This document shows, one piece after another, positions 21,084 through 40,516 of a DNA stretch of 64,000 nt (positions are counted from its first letter, which is position 1; each line of letters opens with the position of its first letter). A model generated the notes under the pieces. It was not told the DNA's origin, ran no database searches, and was given only the letters and a program-made list of their open reading frames with translations. The DNA comes from Flaccisagitta enflata. Lineage: Eukaryota. The DNA lies in NCBI GenBank assembly GCA_965153355.1, contig OZ231126.1:40610001-40674000 (forward strand). The letters run 5' to 3'. The translations under genes and the position numbers were made by a program.

Positions 21084-23861
21084 TGCCTCTAAATATATTA
21101 TCTCACAATGTAAACGGTTTTAACAGAAATAAGCAATTTGTAGATGACTTATGTTCCTCTTATTCACCTGTTATTTATGGATTGCAAGAGCATTGGCTCC
21201 GGCCCCCCTGTAAAAAGTTTCCCGGAGTTAATATTTTAAAAACGATTAATCCTGAATTAGATGGCTGGGGTACAAGTGCCATGAAGAAAAGTATGCAGAC
21301 AAAAATTTTGAATGGTAGACCTTTTGGTGGCACAGGTTTTGTATGGAGTAAATCCATATCTACAGTTTTAAAACCTCGAACTGAGTATTCTAATGATAGA
21401 GTCACGGTTATTGAAATCAACACTTCCATTGGATCCATTCTTGTCATAAATTGTTACATGCCATTTTATAATGTTAACGACATTGTTTCTCAGACTGATT
21501 TGTTTGTTGACACGGTTGGGTATATCGATTATGTGATGAACGACAATCCTAACTCTAATTTTGTTATAATGGGCGACATGAATTGTGATATATATAATAG
21601 CACTAATCAATTTTCTACTATTCTTAAAAACTTTGTAACTGCACGAAATCTTTACTGCACATTTGATAGTATGTCCTCTTTCAATTCTCGGAATGACTTT
21701 ACAAGATTTAATTTAAAACAAGGATCCTATTCTTTGCTTGATTATTTTTTTGTTAGTCCTTCACTTGTTTCCCATATTGACGATGTTTCTATTCTAAATT
21801 CGGGTGATGTTCTTTCAGATCATTTTCCTATTCAATTGACACTATCTGTTGATTTGATTACGGCCCATGTATCACGTCCATCCCTCTCCTCTGTTAATAA
21901 TTGGAAAGCTATGGATGAAACTACTCGTTTTCATTTTGAAAAGATTATGGAAGAGTCTTTAGATAAAATTGAAGTTCCTTACATTTTACATGGTCATACT
22001 ACATGTAACCAAAGTGATCACATTTTTAAGATTGAAAAATATTATTGTGACATTGTAGAATGTATTAAAATTGCTGATCTTCAATTGCCGCGATGTACAC
22101 CTACGACGACAAAAGGCTTTTGGAGTGAAGAACTGTCTACGCTTAAACGTAATTCAATAGTTTCGCACGATTATTGGAAATTGCATGGTTGCCCCCGAGT
22201 TGGACCAATCTTTGATGCTAAAAAAAATGCTTGTTATCGCTACAAAATATGATTGAAACAGTGTAAGAGTTCTTTTGATCAAAGTAAAGTTGATCGTCTG
22301 AATGATGATTTGGTAAATGGTCAGCATCATAAATTTTGGAAATCATTTAAATATTTCAATTATTCTAAAGGTAGTCAAGATTCTCGTATGAATGGACTAA
22401 GTGACAACTCTCAGATTGCCGATTGTTTTGCACAGAGCTTTAATACTATTTATTCTTCATGTAATAATGTACAATCATCAAAACTGCTTTCTGATTTTCA
22501 TTTTCTTTATGACGAGTATTTTGCTAATCATGTTAACGATGACATACGTCATTTGTACTTATCTTGGCCGGAGATGCTTGATGTAATGTCTAAGTTAAAA
22601 ACTGGAAAGTCATCAGCTACGTTTATTAAATCGGAGCATATTCTTTATGGCACACCGAAATTAGCTTGGCACCTTCACTTACTTTTCAATGCCATGATCC
22701 AGCACTCTTACGTTCCTCATGAAAGATACAGAAGGAGATCACTCAGATCCACAAAATTATCGCGGTTTGACGTTAGGTGTTGTTTTCTCATTTTTGTTTG
22801 AACACGCTTTACTAATCAAAATTGGTCACTTGCTTGAGACGGACCCTCTTCAATTTGGGTACAAAAAGCGTCATTCGACTTCACATGCAATTTTTACCTT
22901 GAAGGAATGTATAGATTATTTTACGAGTCGAGGGTCCAGTGTTTTTGCAGCATTTTTGGACTGCTCTAAAGGCTTTGACAAAGTATGTCACAGTGGAATG
23001 TTTATTAAACTAATTAAACGTGGTGTACCCTTATGTATTCTGAACCTCATGATCTATTGGTACTCTAATTTAACTAGTGTTGTAAAATGGAACGGAGCTT
23101 TTAGCAAACCATTTCGTGTTTTATCCGGTGTAAGACAAGGAGGTGTGCTGAGTCCCCACTTATTTGCTATATATGTCAATGACTTGATTTTAAAGTTACG
23201 TGAATCTAAAAATGGATGTCACATTGCTGATGTATTCCTTGCGTGTATAGTATATGCAGATGACATTTGTTTACTTGCGCCTTGTAGAGCGGCACTACAA
23301 CTTCTTCTCGATACCTGTGAATCTTACGGATTATCGTGGTGTTTAACCTACAATCCATCAAAGACTAAAGTGATGGTTTTTGGTAGTTCTGACTCCCGTC
23401 CACATTTTTCTATGTACGGAAATCCATTATCATATGTTAACGAGTACAAGTATTTAGGCGTGCACGTCTTATCTGGTAAAACATTTGCCTCTTCACATGT
23501 CAAGCCACTAATTAAGTTTCGATCCTCCGCCAATACTGTTCTAAATGTGAGTAACAGACCGTCTGAACATATTTTGATGAAACTCCTCTATGCTATGTGT
23601 ATTCCAAATTTGACATATGCGGCCGATTAAATTGAATATTCGACTAAGCAGATGCAAGCTCTTAACGTTGCTCACAACGATAGTATACGTCGCATCTTTG
23701 GATACAACCGCTGGGAGAGCGTCTGTTATCTTCGCCTCTCCTGCAACTATCCTTCGCTCACCGACATCTTCTGGAAACGCTCTCGGATTTTTCACCAACG
23801 CCTTCCATCTCTCGGAAATCCAACATTGCGCTTTTTGAGTGAATTACGGGAAGCTGATTGA
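21083..23861 (+). pseudogene. LINE ORF2 (APE endonuclease plus RT), disrupted
   Basis: Endonuclease motifs SHNVNG, LQEHWL, GDMN, LDYF, SDH. RT motifs QFGY, FLDCSKGFD, GVRQGGVLSP, YADD, YKYLGV. Stops at 22250-22252 and 23628-23630, and a deletion/frameshift near 22720. Confidence 0.93.
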
Positions 23862-24161
23862 CTTTTTTTTTTTTTTCTCTTAGATCAATGTAACTAGTAT
23901 GTAGCTGTATGTTGCCTTTCTGCTCTGACGTTTATGTCGAATAAAAGATATTATAACTATGGCAAAGAAAAAAAGCGAACACTTTCTTTTGCTAGTTTCC
24001 GCTTAACTATGGGCCTAGACCATAATAAATTCATGACCATTTGAAAGTTCTGCAAAAAATCTTCCAAATGCGACGTTGCTGGTAATTGTAGCTCTACTCG
24101 TTTAGAAATGGCAAAGGTTTGAAGAAAAAAAATCACTGATCGAAAAAAGTGCTCATTTCAA

Positions 24162-24352
24162 TTTTTAGTCGCGTGCTACGCGACTCTACACCCCGCTTTG
24201 TCGATACGTCCGTCCGTCGGTCCGTCCCACTTTACTTTTTTGGGTTTTTGCGGTTTTTGGCCTCACTGCTCCTGCCCAAACAATCAAGTGACCTCAAATA
24301 CGGCCCCTGCCCCCCGCACGCGACTGGGGAAGCCGTGTATCTGGCCTTGTTT
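24162..24352 (+). mobile_element. HINE/DINE-1-like element
   Basis: AGTCGCGTGCTACGCGACT...CACGCGACTGGGGAAGCCGTGTATCTGGCCTTGTTT. Confidence 0.8.
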
Positions 24353-25397
24353 TCCAATGAGCGATTTTAGTCTTTCCGTTTTTGTCATTGATGCAGCTCA
24401 GGATTGTCTTAGCTACTCGTTATCCATGAGCAAATTAAAGAACTTCAGATTTTCTTTAAATGGCGCCAAGAACAAATTTCTAACTCAATGCGTCTAATTT
24501 CCATGTTAGAATAATAATAACCCATGAAAATCACGTAGTGAATTTACAAATTCTTGACAACCTGTCTTCATTCTAATGCCATTTCTAAACGGATAGAGCA
24601 AGGACATGCAACAAGGTGTCATTTGAAAGACCTTTCGCAATGCTTCAAAATGGTCATGGATTTTGCTATGTTAGAATATCGTTTCAGAATCAACGTAAAG
24701 TGTGACCATGAAGCAATGAGACAGTAAGGTTATGGGGCGCTTCTATCCATGATACTCAAGTAAACTGTGGACGTCGTTTATAAAATGCTATCACGTCATT
24801 GCTTAAAACGGAGCTGTCGATTGGTTTCATGGCCTATTACATCTTGTAAATAAGTAACTATCGCAAATGTTAAATTTTCATCTATTTTTCGTGACAATTT
24901 TGATATAATCACTGTGAATTTGTTTACATGAAAAGGCATTTTTAGAGACATCTTTTTGGAATACTTAGACTTGAATAAAACTGATTGGTCGGTGTGATAT
25001 TCTATCAGACATTCTATCAAATATTCTATTCATGTATTATCAATCAACACAAATGTTCGTTTTCTAGTATCAAGAACAACAAGAAATAGACTTTCCGAAG
25101 ATACTGAGACTCTTGAGTTAGATTTTATGTCGCTGATACACTAGAAGTATATATTTCTTTTTTTGAAAAATCAACCAATACTCATTTTGTTTATGTCTTA
25201 GATACTAGAAAGATGTTTTAGATGGTAGAAGGATGAATTCAAGGAAAAATGTATTCAAAAGGAATGCATTAAACGTACGAATCAATTACTCATCATAATT
25301 TCAATCGACCAAACATCCTCGTTAAAAACCGCGAACTGTATTCCAATATATTCATCATCTATGACGCCTTTGATTCTAGAGTAAGGAATAAGATGGG

Positions 25398-25442
<45 letters not shown>

Positions 25443-25541
25443 CGTTGTCGTTGTCGTTGTTGTCGTTGTTGTTGTTGTTGTTAGTTTCGTTTTGTTTCTG
25501 CTGTTGCTGTTATTGTTGTTACTGTTGTTGGTTTTGTTGTG

Positions 25542-25587
<46 letters not shown>

Positions 25588-25871
25588 GCTGTTGTTTTCA
25601 TTTTCGTCATTAGTAGAATGGGTGCGAGGAGTATTTCAAAATAAAAGTAGAAATTGAAGTTTGTCATTTGCTATTCGCCAATGAGAACATATTAAGAAAA
25701 AGTTCTTAGTTTGATTGATGAGCAAGAAAATAACTCGCTGCGATGAAAAAAAAAAGAAGCAAAAAACAAAACATAAGAACAAAAAAAAAAAAAAAACCTT
25801 GAAGGTATCACAAATCAAAGCTAGACACTGAAAAAAGAAATAACAAAAGCTTCCTAATCAAGAAAACGGAT

Positions 25872-30333
<4,462 letters not shown>

Positions 30334-32964
30334 CTGAAAGAGAGAAGAAAGAAAAAAAACATGTTACATTCAAACCTCAGTGCCGAAGAAGAAATGAAAT
30401 AAAAGAACGAGTTCACATTTCAGTTAAAATTTCGTTTAACCAGGCCAACTAGGCCATGGTTAATGATGGTTTACCTATGAATATATTGCTATGACAATAG
30501 TACTTTCACAGGTGTTACCCTCAACATGGTTACGCTTCCTTTATGCTCCACTCTTTAGTCAAACATTTCACCTTTGATTCCGTATAATAATCAGTTTGTT
30601 CACATTTTACATGCAAAATGTCGATTTCAAGGTTCAAAAACAGATACACATGATCCCTTTCTCTGTATCCATCTTCGTTTTCCTTCCCTATTCTTCATCT
30701 CTGAGACCTAGATACTGGCTTTGAGACCCATATACTGACCTCTGAGACCCGGATACTAATCTCTGAAACCCAAATCCTGGCCTCTGAGACCCAGATACCG
30801 TCCTCCTGGACCCGCCTAGCCTCCAGGGCCCATATCTTGGCCTCCAGGACCCACACCCTGACCTTAAAGACCTAGATCCTGGTCTCCATGGATCTTGATC
30901 CAAGTCTCCATGGCACTGATCCGAGTCTCCGTAATCCAGAGCCTTGTTATGTCTCTGGGATCTACATCCTGGACAGCAGGACGGACGGATGGACGGACGG
31001 ACCAATCTGCAGCAGTTCGTCTCCTTTGGAGCCGCTGCCTTGCTCCTCCCTCAACTAACAAACAACAACCAGGGCGCGGGAATCGCTGACCATGTACTGC
31101 CTTTGGGCTGCTATTACTTTTCCCCGTTGCATCACCAAGGGACGTTTTCTAATCGCATTCTACGCCAACCTCCTAAACATGTTTATCCTGAGCTCTTTGA
31201 CTCCTTTCCATACAATCTCCTTTGCCTACTTCCACACATTTTCTGTAATTACAATATGAGTGAAAAAAAAAGGAAAATCCAATAACAAATGGCGAAACGG
31301 AAAAGTGCCATGAAAATCTTTGCTGCACGTGAGACTCATTATCAGCAAAGTACAGGTGCGCTAAACTGCGTTTGTGCGCAGCACACTCAAGACGTTTTTA
31401 TGCTTTGTAGATGTGGTCGTATTCTGTGCAGTCTCTTCACTGCCTAGTTCTTTTATGCTATACTTCTTTAGTTACGCAATCTGTTGGTCCGTTGGTTCGG
31501 TGGTTGGTCTGTAACACACTGATTCGCCCACTCTCAAAATTAAACGAACTGAAAAGGGATCAAAATTGAGAGTAAAAATGCATTGAGAGGGCTGAAATTT
31601 GACACAGAGATAGTTAAAACATAGTATTTTCAGAAACCGAGATCAAATAGAGCATTCTCACTAGTGCGTGGCCCTGGTTGTGCGCTATGTCAAAAATGTG
31701 ATGGAAGTTTTTGACTGATTTCGACAAGAAATCTTTTTATGAGGAGACGGCACAATCTGTCATTTTTTTCCATATAAGCGGGGAGAAAACTGTCATTCCC
31801 GAGTTGTCATGTAACTACGAAGCAACAATGACGCATTGAGAATAAGAAACAGCCTCACTAAGTGTCTGATTCCCATGACAAATAGGTTAGTTTCACTGGT
31901 CAATTTGGAACTTCCATCAGAATTACAGTGGAATGACGTCAATCGAAAAAAGAGATTAGGAGCCATTGGTTGACATTCTTTGGACAATTCTTGTAACACC
32001 CTGCTGGAAATTACATATTTTAAAGTTACCTTAACACTCAGACTCTTCATAAGTAATTCATAAAGCACTTACAGACTTGCTCTGATCCCAGTTCGCCATA
32101 TTTTGAGAGGGGTGTTAGCCGCTCTGCTTATCACACTTAGGTATTCTTTTTAAGTGTTTATGAACTCTTCGGTTCTATCGCATGCGACTGGGATTGCCTT
32201 TTATGGTTTATCTGACATTGTCAAGTTTAAGATTGTAAGAGCCATCACAGGATTGTCACGTTGTGAAAATATCTTTAATGTATGTGCTCCACTATTCCAG
32301 CAAACCATGTCATTTGGATTTCTCTCTCCAAATTTGGTCTGTTGGGAACAGACAGGACTCCTGTGGGAGAAATTGCTCAATATCGAAGTATCAGATCATG
32401 AGTTATGATTAACAGTTGTTATGTGTTATAAAAGTTGGTGTTAATAATTGTAAATGGGAGACATATGGTTTATCTAATGAACAAATTTTATCCATACAAA
32501 CACATTCTTCCTGATTTTTGCATGAAACTCTATTCATGAACTTGTTTAGCTCAAAAATGCACTTTTAATCTTGCGTAACTGAATGGTACACATGCAGCTT
32601 TAAACCCTTGTTAATCCACTTCTAATTTTTCATCCTAGTGTGCACGAAATTCGCACATGTGGCTTAATTGGTTAACTAATTTAGCTCGACTTCTTTCTCC
32701 AGACCCGAACTCAGCTGCAAAGGAAAACGAAATATTTCAACCGAGTTTAACTTGCACCGTTGAAACTACTGTGAGACGTGCAAAAACCTCTGCTTGAAAG
32801 CATTAACACTTCATGTTCAATAATGATTATATTGCGGCGGAGCATTATAAGAGTCTAATAAGTGAAATTTGAAATTTAACGAGATCTATTGACCCAGACA
32901 CTAAAGACACGTAACAGAATCGAATGTCTTTCTAATGACGTTAAAGATAGATGATACATGATAC

Positions 32965-33160
<196 letters not shown>

Positions 33161-33240
33161 CGATGATGATGATGATGATGATGATGACAATAAAAACTTC
33201 CCGCCTGGAAACAAGTTTGAAAGAAGGGTGATCCTTCCAG

Positions 33241-33405
33241 AACAAGGCCGGATACACGGCCAATCCCAGTTGCGGACGGCTGGGCAGGGGCGGAAATGCG
33301 CGTTTTCACACTTTTCGACTCGTGTTCACGGACGGACGGACGGACGGACCGACGGACCGACAGACGGACAAAGGCTGTTATAGAGTTGCGTATCCGCAAT
33401 TAAAA
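33241..33405 (-). mobile_element. HINE/DINE-1-like element
   Basis: Reverse copy AACAAGGCCGGATACACGGC...(GACG)n...AGTTGCGTATCCGCAATT. Same subfamily as 50938-51101 (+) and 53083-53192 (-). Confidence 0.8.
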
Positions 33406-35202
33406 ATAGAACGACAGATTGGTGCTTCGATTGTAACCAGTGTGGTACACTACCGCTCAAATTTTCTTTTTTTCCCTGCATATCTTTCTGTGTTCCGTAT
33501 TTCCGCTATTTTCTTGTGTTCATATCATTTGTGTATTACTTCGTTTCCGCCTTTTGGTCAATCCATCTTTCTTGAAAAACGTCTATCACATAGGCGTCAG
33601 TTTGCATTTTCATATCATATCATTTCATATCAAATCATATCGTTTGTTAGAATCGAAAAGTGCAGAAACGAGAATTTCTGCCCCTGCCCTCCCGTCCGCG
33701 ATGATAGTGTAATCCCGCTTTCACGTCTATCTCTGACTTCAGTTCTAACTATCTTTTTTCCTCTTTCTTCCTGCACTCTTTAATCTGTTTGTCTCAGTCT
33801 CTTTCTCCTTTCTTCCATTTATTCCTAGCTAGTCATTGAACACCACTTTGGGACGAATTAGTGAAAAAAAAGAAAGACCCCTCCATGGTTAGGTTACTTT
33901 GCTGTAGATATCATACATAGGATGAAATCATTTTCATATTTGGTCTTCTACCAATGAATAGTCTATAGCATTTTTTTTCTCTGAAAATAGATAAAAAGAG
34001 TATGGCAGTTAGTTTGATCTTTACTTCTAACTTGTTGTAGTATTGTCATTTATACCTAAATGTAACATTTTGATTTGTATGGAAAAAGCTTAGTAGCTGT
34101 TCTCTTCTTGTCTTACTTTTGAAGAAAAGATAAAAAGAAATTTCTTTTCATCGCTGTTGAAGCTCATAACTTAGTGCAGTTGAAGAACACTATCGAATTG
34201 GGTGACTTAATGGCACAGAGCTATAAACATATCTTCTCCTTGCCGCTGGATGCACCCTCCACTTGGACATAACCACCAGTGCTGAGCAGCCTCCAGTGCT
34301 GAGCAGCCTCCCTCTTCTTAACTAGCTTGACGATGTTCAAAACAAATATTTCTTTTTAGTTACTGGATGTAACCTTCAATTCCACAGATCCCTAAGTGCT
34401 AAGCGCCATCCTACTTCTTGACTAATCGGTGGAGAACAAAACAAATGTCTTCTCATTGCTGTTGGACGCACCCTCTGCTGGGACTTTCCCGTTTTATTAC
34501 CGCAATTCTGGGCGCTACGCCATATGACGCTTTTATAGTGAGCGTCATAGGTGATATGAGGATGAGGATAAGGGGGTGAGGGATGGGCTTGGTTGGTAAA
34601 GGTGGGTATACCATATAACGATCAGCACAATGAGTAGCACAAGAATTGGATTTAAGGCGGGTCACTTGTAAGGGAGATGTTGGTATTCTTCAATGCTTTC
34701 ATGTGTGATTCCGTTAAGCAGAGTTCAGTCTGTAGTGAAAGATTCATAGGAAACCCAAGTGAACTTCATTAAGTTCTATCTTAGAAAAGGTACTTCATGA
34801 GAAGAACAACGAAATTTTGGATAACTCAATAAAGAACCGATCTGTAACAACGGTTAGAGTGCTCTTCTGTTAAATGATTATAAATTTTTAGGTACAGTGT
34901 GGTTCATGTAATAACAGCCTAAACTGGAGGAAGGTATTGAAGTATCTTGATTCTATTTGAAAACTGTGATATTCAAAATAATAGTTGCTCAATTGACGCT
35001 TGCGTTTTCTGGTTGCCATAGAAATCAAATACTTTGTGTCTCTCTGTCCCCTGGTCTCTCACTGTCGCTCTCTTTTTCTCTTTTTCTCTTTTTCTCTCTT
35101 TCTCTCTTTCTCTCTTTCTCTCTTTCTCTCTCTTTCTCTCTCTTTCTCTCTCTTTCTCTCTATTTTTCTCTCTTTCTCTCTATTTTTCTCTCTTTCTCTC
35201 TT

Positions 35203-35408
<206 letters not shown>

Positions 35409-35994
35409 TCCTTCAGTTTGTCACTCACTGTCTCCGTCTATTTTTTTTCACCATGTATGTGACAAGGTGATTTGAAATCACGCGGTCCATTTAGCTCAGA
35501 GCTAGAACAAGTTCTTGATTGCCATATTTGTCATTTTGGAAGGAAGCCCGCCGGAAAGATAGATCCAGGAAGAAGATGAAGAAGAAGAAGAAGAAGAAGA
35601 AGAAGAAGAAGATGAAGAAGAAGAAGAAGAAGAAGAAGAAGAAGAAGAAGAAGAAGAAGAAGAAGAAGAAGAGGAAGGAGAAGAAGAGGAAGAAGAAGAA
35701 GAAGCAGAAGAAGAAGCAGAAGAAGAAGCAGAAGAAGAAGCAGAAGAAGAAGCAGAAGAAGAAGACAAAGAAGAAGAAGAAGAAGAAGAAGAAGAAGAAG
35801 AAGAAGAAAAAGAAAAAGAAAAAGAAAAAGAAAAAGAAGCAGAAGAAGAAGAAGAAAAAGAAGAAGAAGAAGAAGAAGAAGAAGAAGAAGAAGAAGAAGA
35901 AGAAGAAGAAGAAGAAGAAGAAGAAGAAGAAGAAGAAGAAGAAGAAGGAAAAGAAGAAGAAGAAAAAGATGAAGTAGAAAAAAAGAACAAAACC

Positions 35995-36396
35995 AATAGT
36001 CGCAAAAGCGTTAGATGGTCAGCGGTACCTATGCCCTGCCTTAGTAGGTTGTGGCTGAAGTTGGAGGGGAGCAGGGCAGTGGCCCCGAAGGGGTCGATAA
36101 CCTATGCTTTCACACAGGGGAATTTTCTCCTCGAGGCCAAACTTTGGGCCTCAAAGATTTGATTTTAGCTATAAGATGGGATTTGGGCCTTGAGGATGGG
36201 ATTTCGACCTCAAGACTGGGATTTGGGCCTCGAGGCTGGGATATGGCTTCAAGGCTGGGATATGGCTTCGAGGCTGGGATATGGGCCTGGAGGTGGGGGG
36301 GGGGGAGACAGAGAAGGAGGAGAAGAAGGAGGAGGAGAAAATTCCCCTGTGTGAAAGCATAGGTCATTAATTCCTTTAGGGCCGCTGCCCAAAAAG
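35995..36396 (-). mobile_element. Second non-autonomous family (HINE-like) carrying a minisatellite of about 20 bp
   Basis: Ends AATAGTCGCAAAAGCGTTAGATGGTCAGCGGTACC and GGGCCGCTGCCCAAAAA; internal (AGGCTGGGATTTGGGCCTCA)n variants. Related copies at about 30700-31120 and 62900-63260. Confidence 0.7.
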
Positions 36397-36584
36397 AAGA
36401 AATGAGCGAACAAGAGGAATGGGGAATGAGGGAAAAGAACATGATGTCACCTGGAAAAGCTTCATCATTGCCATTCTCACTCTCTTGTCTCTTCCTTGCT
36501 GGAAAACAAATTGAGTAGAACATCTTGATTCCTCACCAAAAAACATCAAAATTACAAAAGCAGCAACGAGATGACAAAGAAAGC

Positions 36585-36678
<94 letters not shown>

Positions 36679-36744
36679 ACAGCTCTCATCGACAACAAAT
36701 TTCAGAGGCAACATCAACCGACGACAATAACAAATGCGTACTTC

Positions 36745-36827
36745 GTGAGATTGGAATGATAGCTTCGGCTCGAGTTCCACGTTGCGCATCTCCACATCTA
36801 GGCAAGGAACGATGCGACGCTTTAGCT
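36745..36827 (-). CDS. Possible upstream exon of the ENPP-like gene
   Basis: Translation HRSLPRCGDAQRGTRAEAIIPI loosely matches the ENPP segment before the nucleophile (LP..+...G+....+.P). The boundaries are uncertain. Confidence 0.3.
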
Positions 36828-36840
36828 TCAAACAACAACA

Positions 36841-36880
<40 letters not shown>

Positions 36881-36899
36881 TAACGATAACAGCATTTTT

Positions 36900-36978
<79 letters not shown>

Positions 36979-36980
36979 GC

Positions 36981-37015
<35 letters not shown>

Positions 37016-37028
37016 AAACAACATCGAT

Positions 37029-37120
<92 letters not shown>

Positions 37121-38065
37121 AAGCAACAACAACCTTCCTTTCCATCAGCAATAATAAAAAGATAGCAGGTGACGTATTGTCTGGCAGCGAAAGCGTTTTG
37201 GCTCAACTTCTCTTCCAATGCCGAAATTGCATCGCCATCAAAGAGTGGAAGAGAGAGAATGTCGGCATTGGCGGGAAACGCCGGTATTTTCCGGCATCGT
37301 TGGATTGGCCGTTGCTGCCGGAAATTGCCGATGGTTTGCCGGGAAAAACGACTTACCTTCTGGCGGATCCGAAGACGAGCTCAAGCGCATCTTTTGTTAC
37401 ATTTCATGCTGGTTTGCTCTCTCTCCTACACTCTCTAGATTTCTGTCCTTTCGTCTGTCATTATGTGTCTGTCTATGTCTGTCTTACTCCTTATTTGTCT
37501 GCGTTTATATGAGATTATCTATCTCCATGTCTGCCTCTGCCTCTGTCTATCTATCTGCCTGTCTGCCTATCTGATTTTATTCATACAGTCTGGCGCTCTG
37601 GCGCTAGGGTCTCTCTCTCTCTCTCTCTCTCTCTCTTCACAATTCCAATGGTCACGCACTCCTCTCGTTTCTATCACATCCACTTCATCAAGGCGAGGCT
37701 CATCGTGTTGCACGTACATGTACATGTGTCTGCCCTTCTGTCCACCTGTCTGACTGTGTGTCTGTTTTCCTGTCTCACTTTCTTTTGACGCCTCAACAAA
37801 CCAACCCTGAACCCCTCTCTGATGATGTCATCATTTCGCAAAATGACTCGGAAAATTCCAGAATATCCTAACAAAACCGGGAAAAAAAGGCGTGAGGCCA
37901 TGAAATTAGCTAGTGTAGACGGGCTGTGTAATGATGCATAGCAACAGTCATACTCGGACCAGAAGCAGTGATGGCCAGGTGCCGATGAACAGGAGAATTA
38001 AAACATATTCCCCGCGCTCAATATCCTTCACCAATCCTCCGTTCATCTTTGATAGGTAACAATCT

Positions 38066-38098
38066 TTTTAGGTGCGCTATGGCACCTCTATGAAAGGC

Positions 38099-38188
<90 letters not shown>

Positions 38189-38535
38189 GGTCACGCTCGA
38201 GTGAAAAATCTCGAAAATGTTTGAAATCACATCAAAAGTCATCTCGTTAACCATTCATGTTCCTCGTCATTTCAATCATTATCATATTCAGCTGTGGTTA
38301 GGTCTGCTAGAGCTCGGGATGGGGCTAGTTTAGGATAGGTCTGATAGGTCTAATAGAGCTTGGGATAGGTCCGATAGCGCTAGGGATAGGTCTGATAGGG
38401 TTTTGGATAGGTCTGGTGCGGCCATGGATAGGTCATATAGAGCTCGGGATAGGTTAGGGGGCATAGAGCTAGGGATAGGTCTGAGAATTGATAACGCTAG
38501 GCGCACTGTCTTGGCCCGTGTATCCGGCCTTGTTC
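38066..38535 (+). mobile_element. HINE-like element with (CTGT)n and an internal minisatellite
   Basis: AGGTGCGCTATGGCACCT 5' hairpin and a 3' GGCCCGTGTATCCGGCCTTGTT end. Confidence 0.7.
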
Positions 38536-39538
38536 AGCTTCAATTGTTTATCATCCTTACATCACTAATTCATCCTGCGTTCATCACTAATTCATCCTGC
38601 GTTTATCACTAATTCATCCTGCGTTCATCACTAATTCATCCTGCGTTCATCACTAATTCATCCTTTCATAGATTATAACTGGCTCATCCCCTGTTCATCA
38701 TTGGTTATCTTGCCTCAACTAGTTGTTCCATCCTTATTCAATGTTCATCCTTTATTCGTCCTTTACTCATTGCTTTTTCTTTCATTTTGTAAGGACAGCA
38801 ATTTAAACTTATTCCATTTGCTTATTCTGTCCAATTGAGAAAATGGAAAACTTGAAAAAATATTGGGTAATGTCCCGTGCATAAGCTCTCGTAGTGGATT
38901 CGAATTTGAATGTTGGATGTTGCCCCTCACCAAAGAGACACATTTGCATATTTCTTAATTCAGCAGATTTCAAAGATTTTTTTCTTTCGAGTGTGCAAAT
39001 CGAAATTCCACAGTGTAACAGAGCAGAAGCCAATGCATCAAAATCATCTCGTTATTTGTTTGATTTTTTTCTTTTACATTTTATCAGTAGGTTTCTTTTC
39101 TTTTTATGTAACTTGACTTTAACTTTTCGTTCTTTTTTTCTTTCCTTTTGTATTACAGTGGAGCACCGCTAAAGCGCACCCGATAATAAGGCATGCACAT
39201 CTATGAGGAATACAACCTACTCCCCCCTGTAAGATCTTATATTTATTTCGATATTGGCAAGGGAGCTTTACTATGAGGCATGATTTTGCTCTAGTGTGGC
39301 TCAACTGTTATAAGATCACTTCAAAAATGAAAAAAAGATGGTCACAATCAAAATGACCAATGAATACAACTGAATAATTGGTTCGTTGAACAGAAAAAAA
39401 AATTATGGTAATGACAGGTCATAGATTTTTCAACTGGTCTTTTCTTTGATTGCCCACATCACCTGGCGCTCTGTTAAGTTGCATTAGTCATCATTATTTC
39501 TTGTCTTTGTTTCTTGTCTTTGTTTCTTCCTTTCTTTG

Positions 39539-39596
<58 letters not shown>

Positions 39597-39616
39597 TTTT
39601 TCTTTTTTTCTTTTTT

Positions 39617-39692
<76 letters not shown>

Positions 39693-39933
39693 TTTTTTTC
39701 TTTCTTTCTTTCCATGATTTGCTCTCTCTGCCTTTCTTTCCTTCTTTGATCATTTCTTTCTTTCTTCTTTTATTCCTTCAATTTTTCTTTTTATCTTTCT
39801 CTCTCGCCTTCTTTTTTGCCATTTGTTCTATCAGTCTGACCTTCATTGACCTTCTTCTTCTTCTTCTTCTTCTTCTTCTTCTTCTTCTTCTTCTTCTTCT
39901 TCTTCTTCTTCTTCTTCTTCTTCTTCTTCTTCT

Positions 39934-40001
<68 letters not shown>

Positions 40002-40319
40002 CTTCCCCATTCTTTCTGCAACAGTTGCCCTCATCTTTTCAAACTTTGGGATGTTTTGGAATGTTTGCAAAGACAGAATGGAATGAGATTACATACCCAG
40101 AAAACATCCTCATTCCCGAGAGACAATTTGTGACGAATTGGGATCTACTAAGCTTTTCATTACCCTCGGATTTGTCGAGCTTTGCTGCGAAGGAAGAAAA
40201 GATGGAAGTCAAGAAAAAGAAAGCAGACGGGAGAAAGTCAAAAGAAGCGTCTCATTTGTTGAGACTAAATGTGGTTGTTGTTGTTGTTGTTGTTGTTGTT
40301 TTTGCTGTTATTGTTGTTT

Positions 40320-40516
<197 letters not shown>

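Larger units (their letters stand above)
19727..23959 (+). mobile_element. Non-LTR retrotransposon (APE-RT LINE, RTEX/CR1-group-like; clade unresolved) with inverted 5' segment
   Basis: The ORF1 N-terminal part is on the minus strand; the ORF1 C-terminal part and ORF2 are on the plus strand. The 3' end has AATAAA plus a short ATT/ACT-type tail. Possible degenerate TSD: TGGCCAAGAGA (19716-19726) and TGGCAAAGAAA (23960-23970). Confidence 0.88.
19369..24737. mobile_element. Possible old TIR element into which the LINE inserted
   Basis: Degenerate inverted ends CCATTTACCACTGTC..ATGATCACACTTT (about 19369-19403) and AAAGTGTGACCAT..GACAGTAAGGTTATGG (about 24697-24735), plus an internal inverted pair at about 24030-24115 and 24577-24660. 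No clear TSD. Confidence 0.35.

Noticed and set aside
24910-24916. CACTGTG (RSS heptamer, reverse) as the right end of the RAG1-like element
   Set aside because: No matching left end was found upstream of exon 1, there is no proper nonamer spacing, and a 7-mer is expected by chance.
36790-36831. HisF-like peptide LKRRIVPCLDV
   Set aside because: It is a short isolated match with no further HisF motifs. Another frame fits the ENPP gene better.
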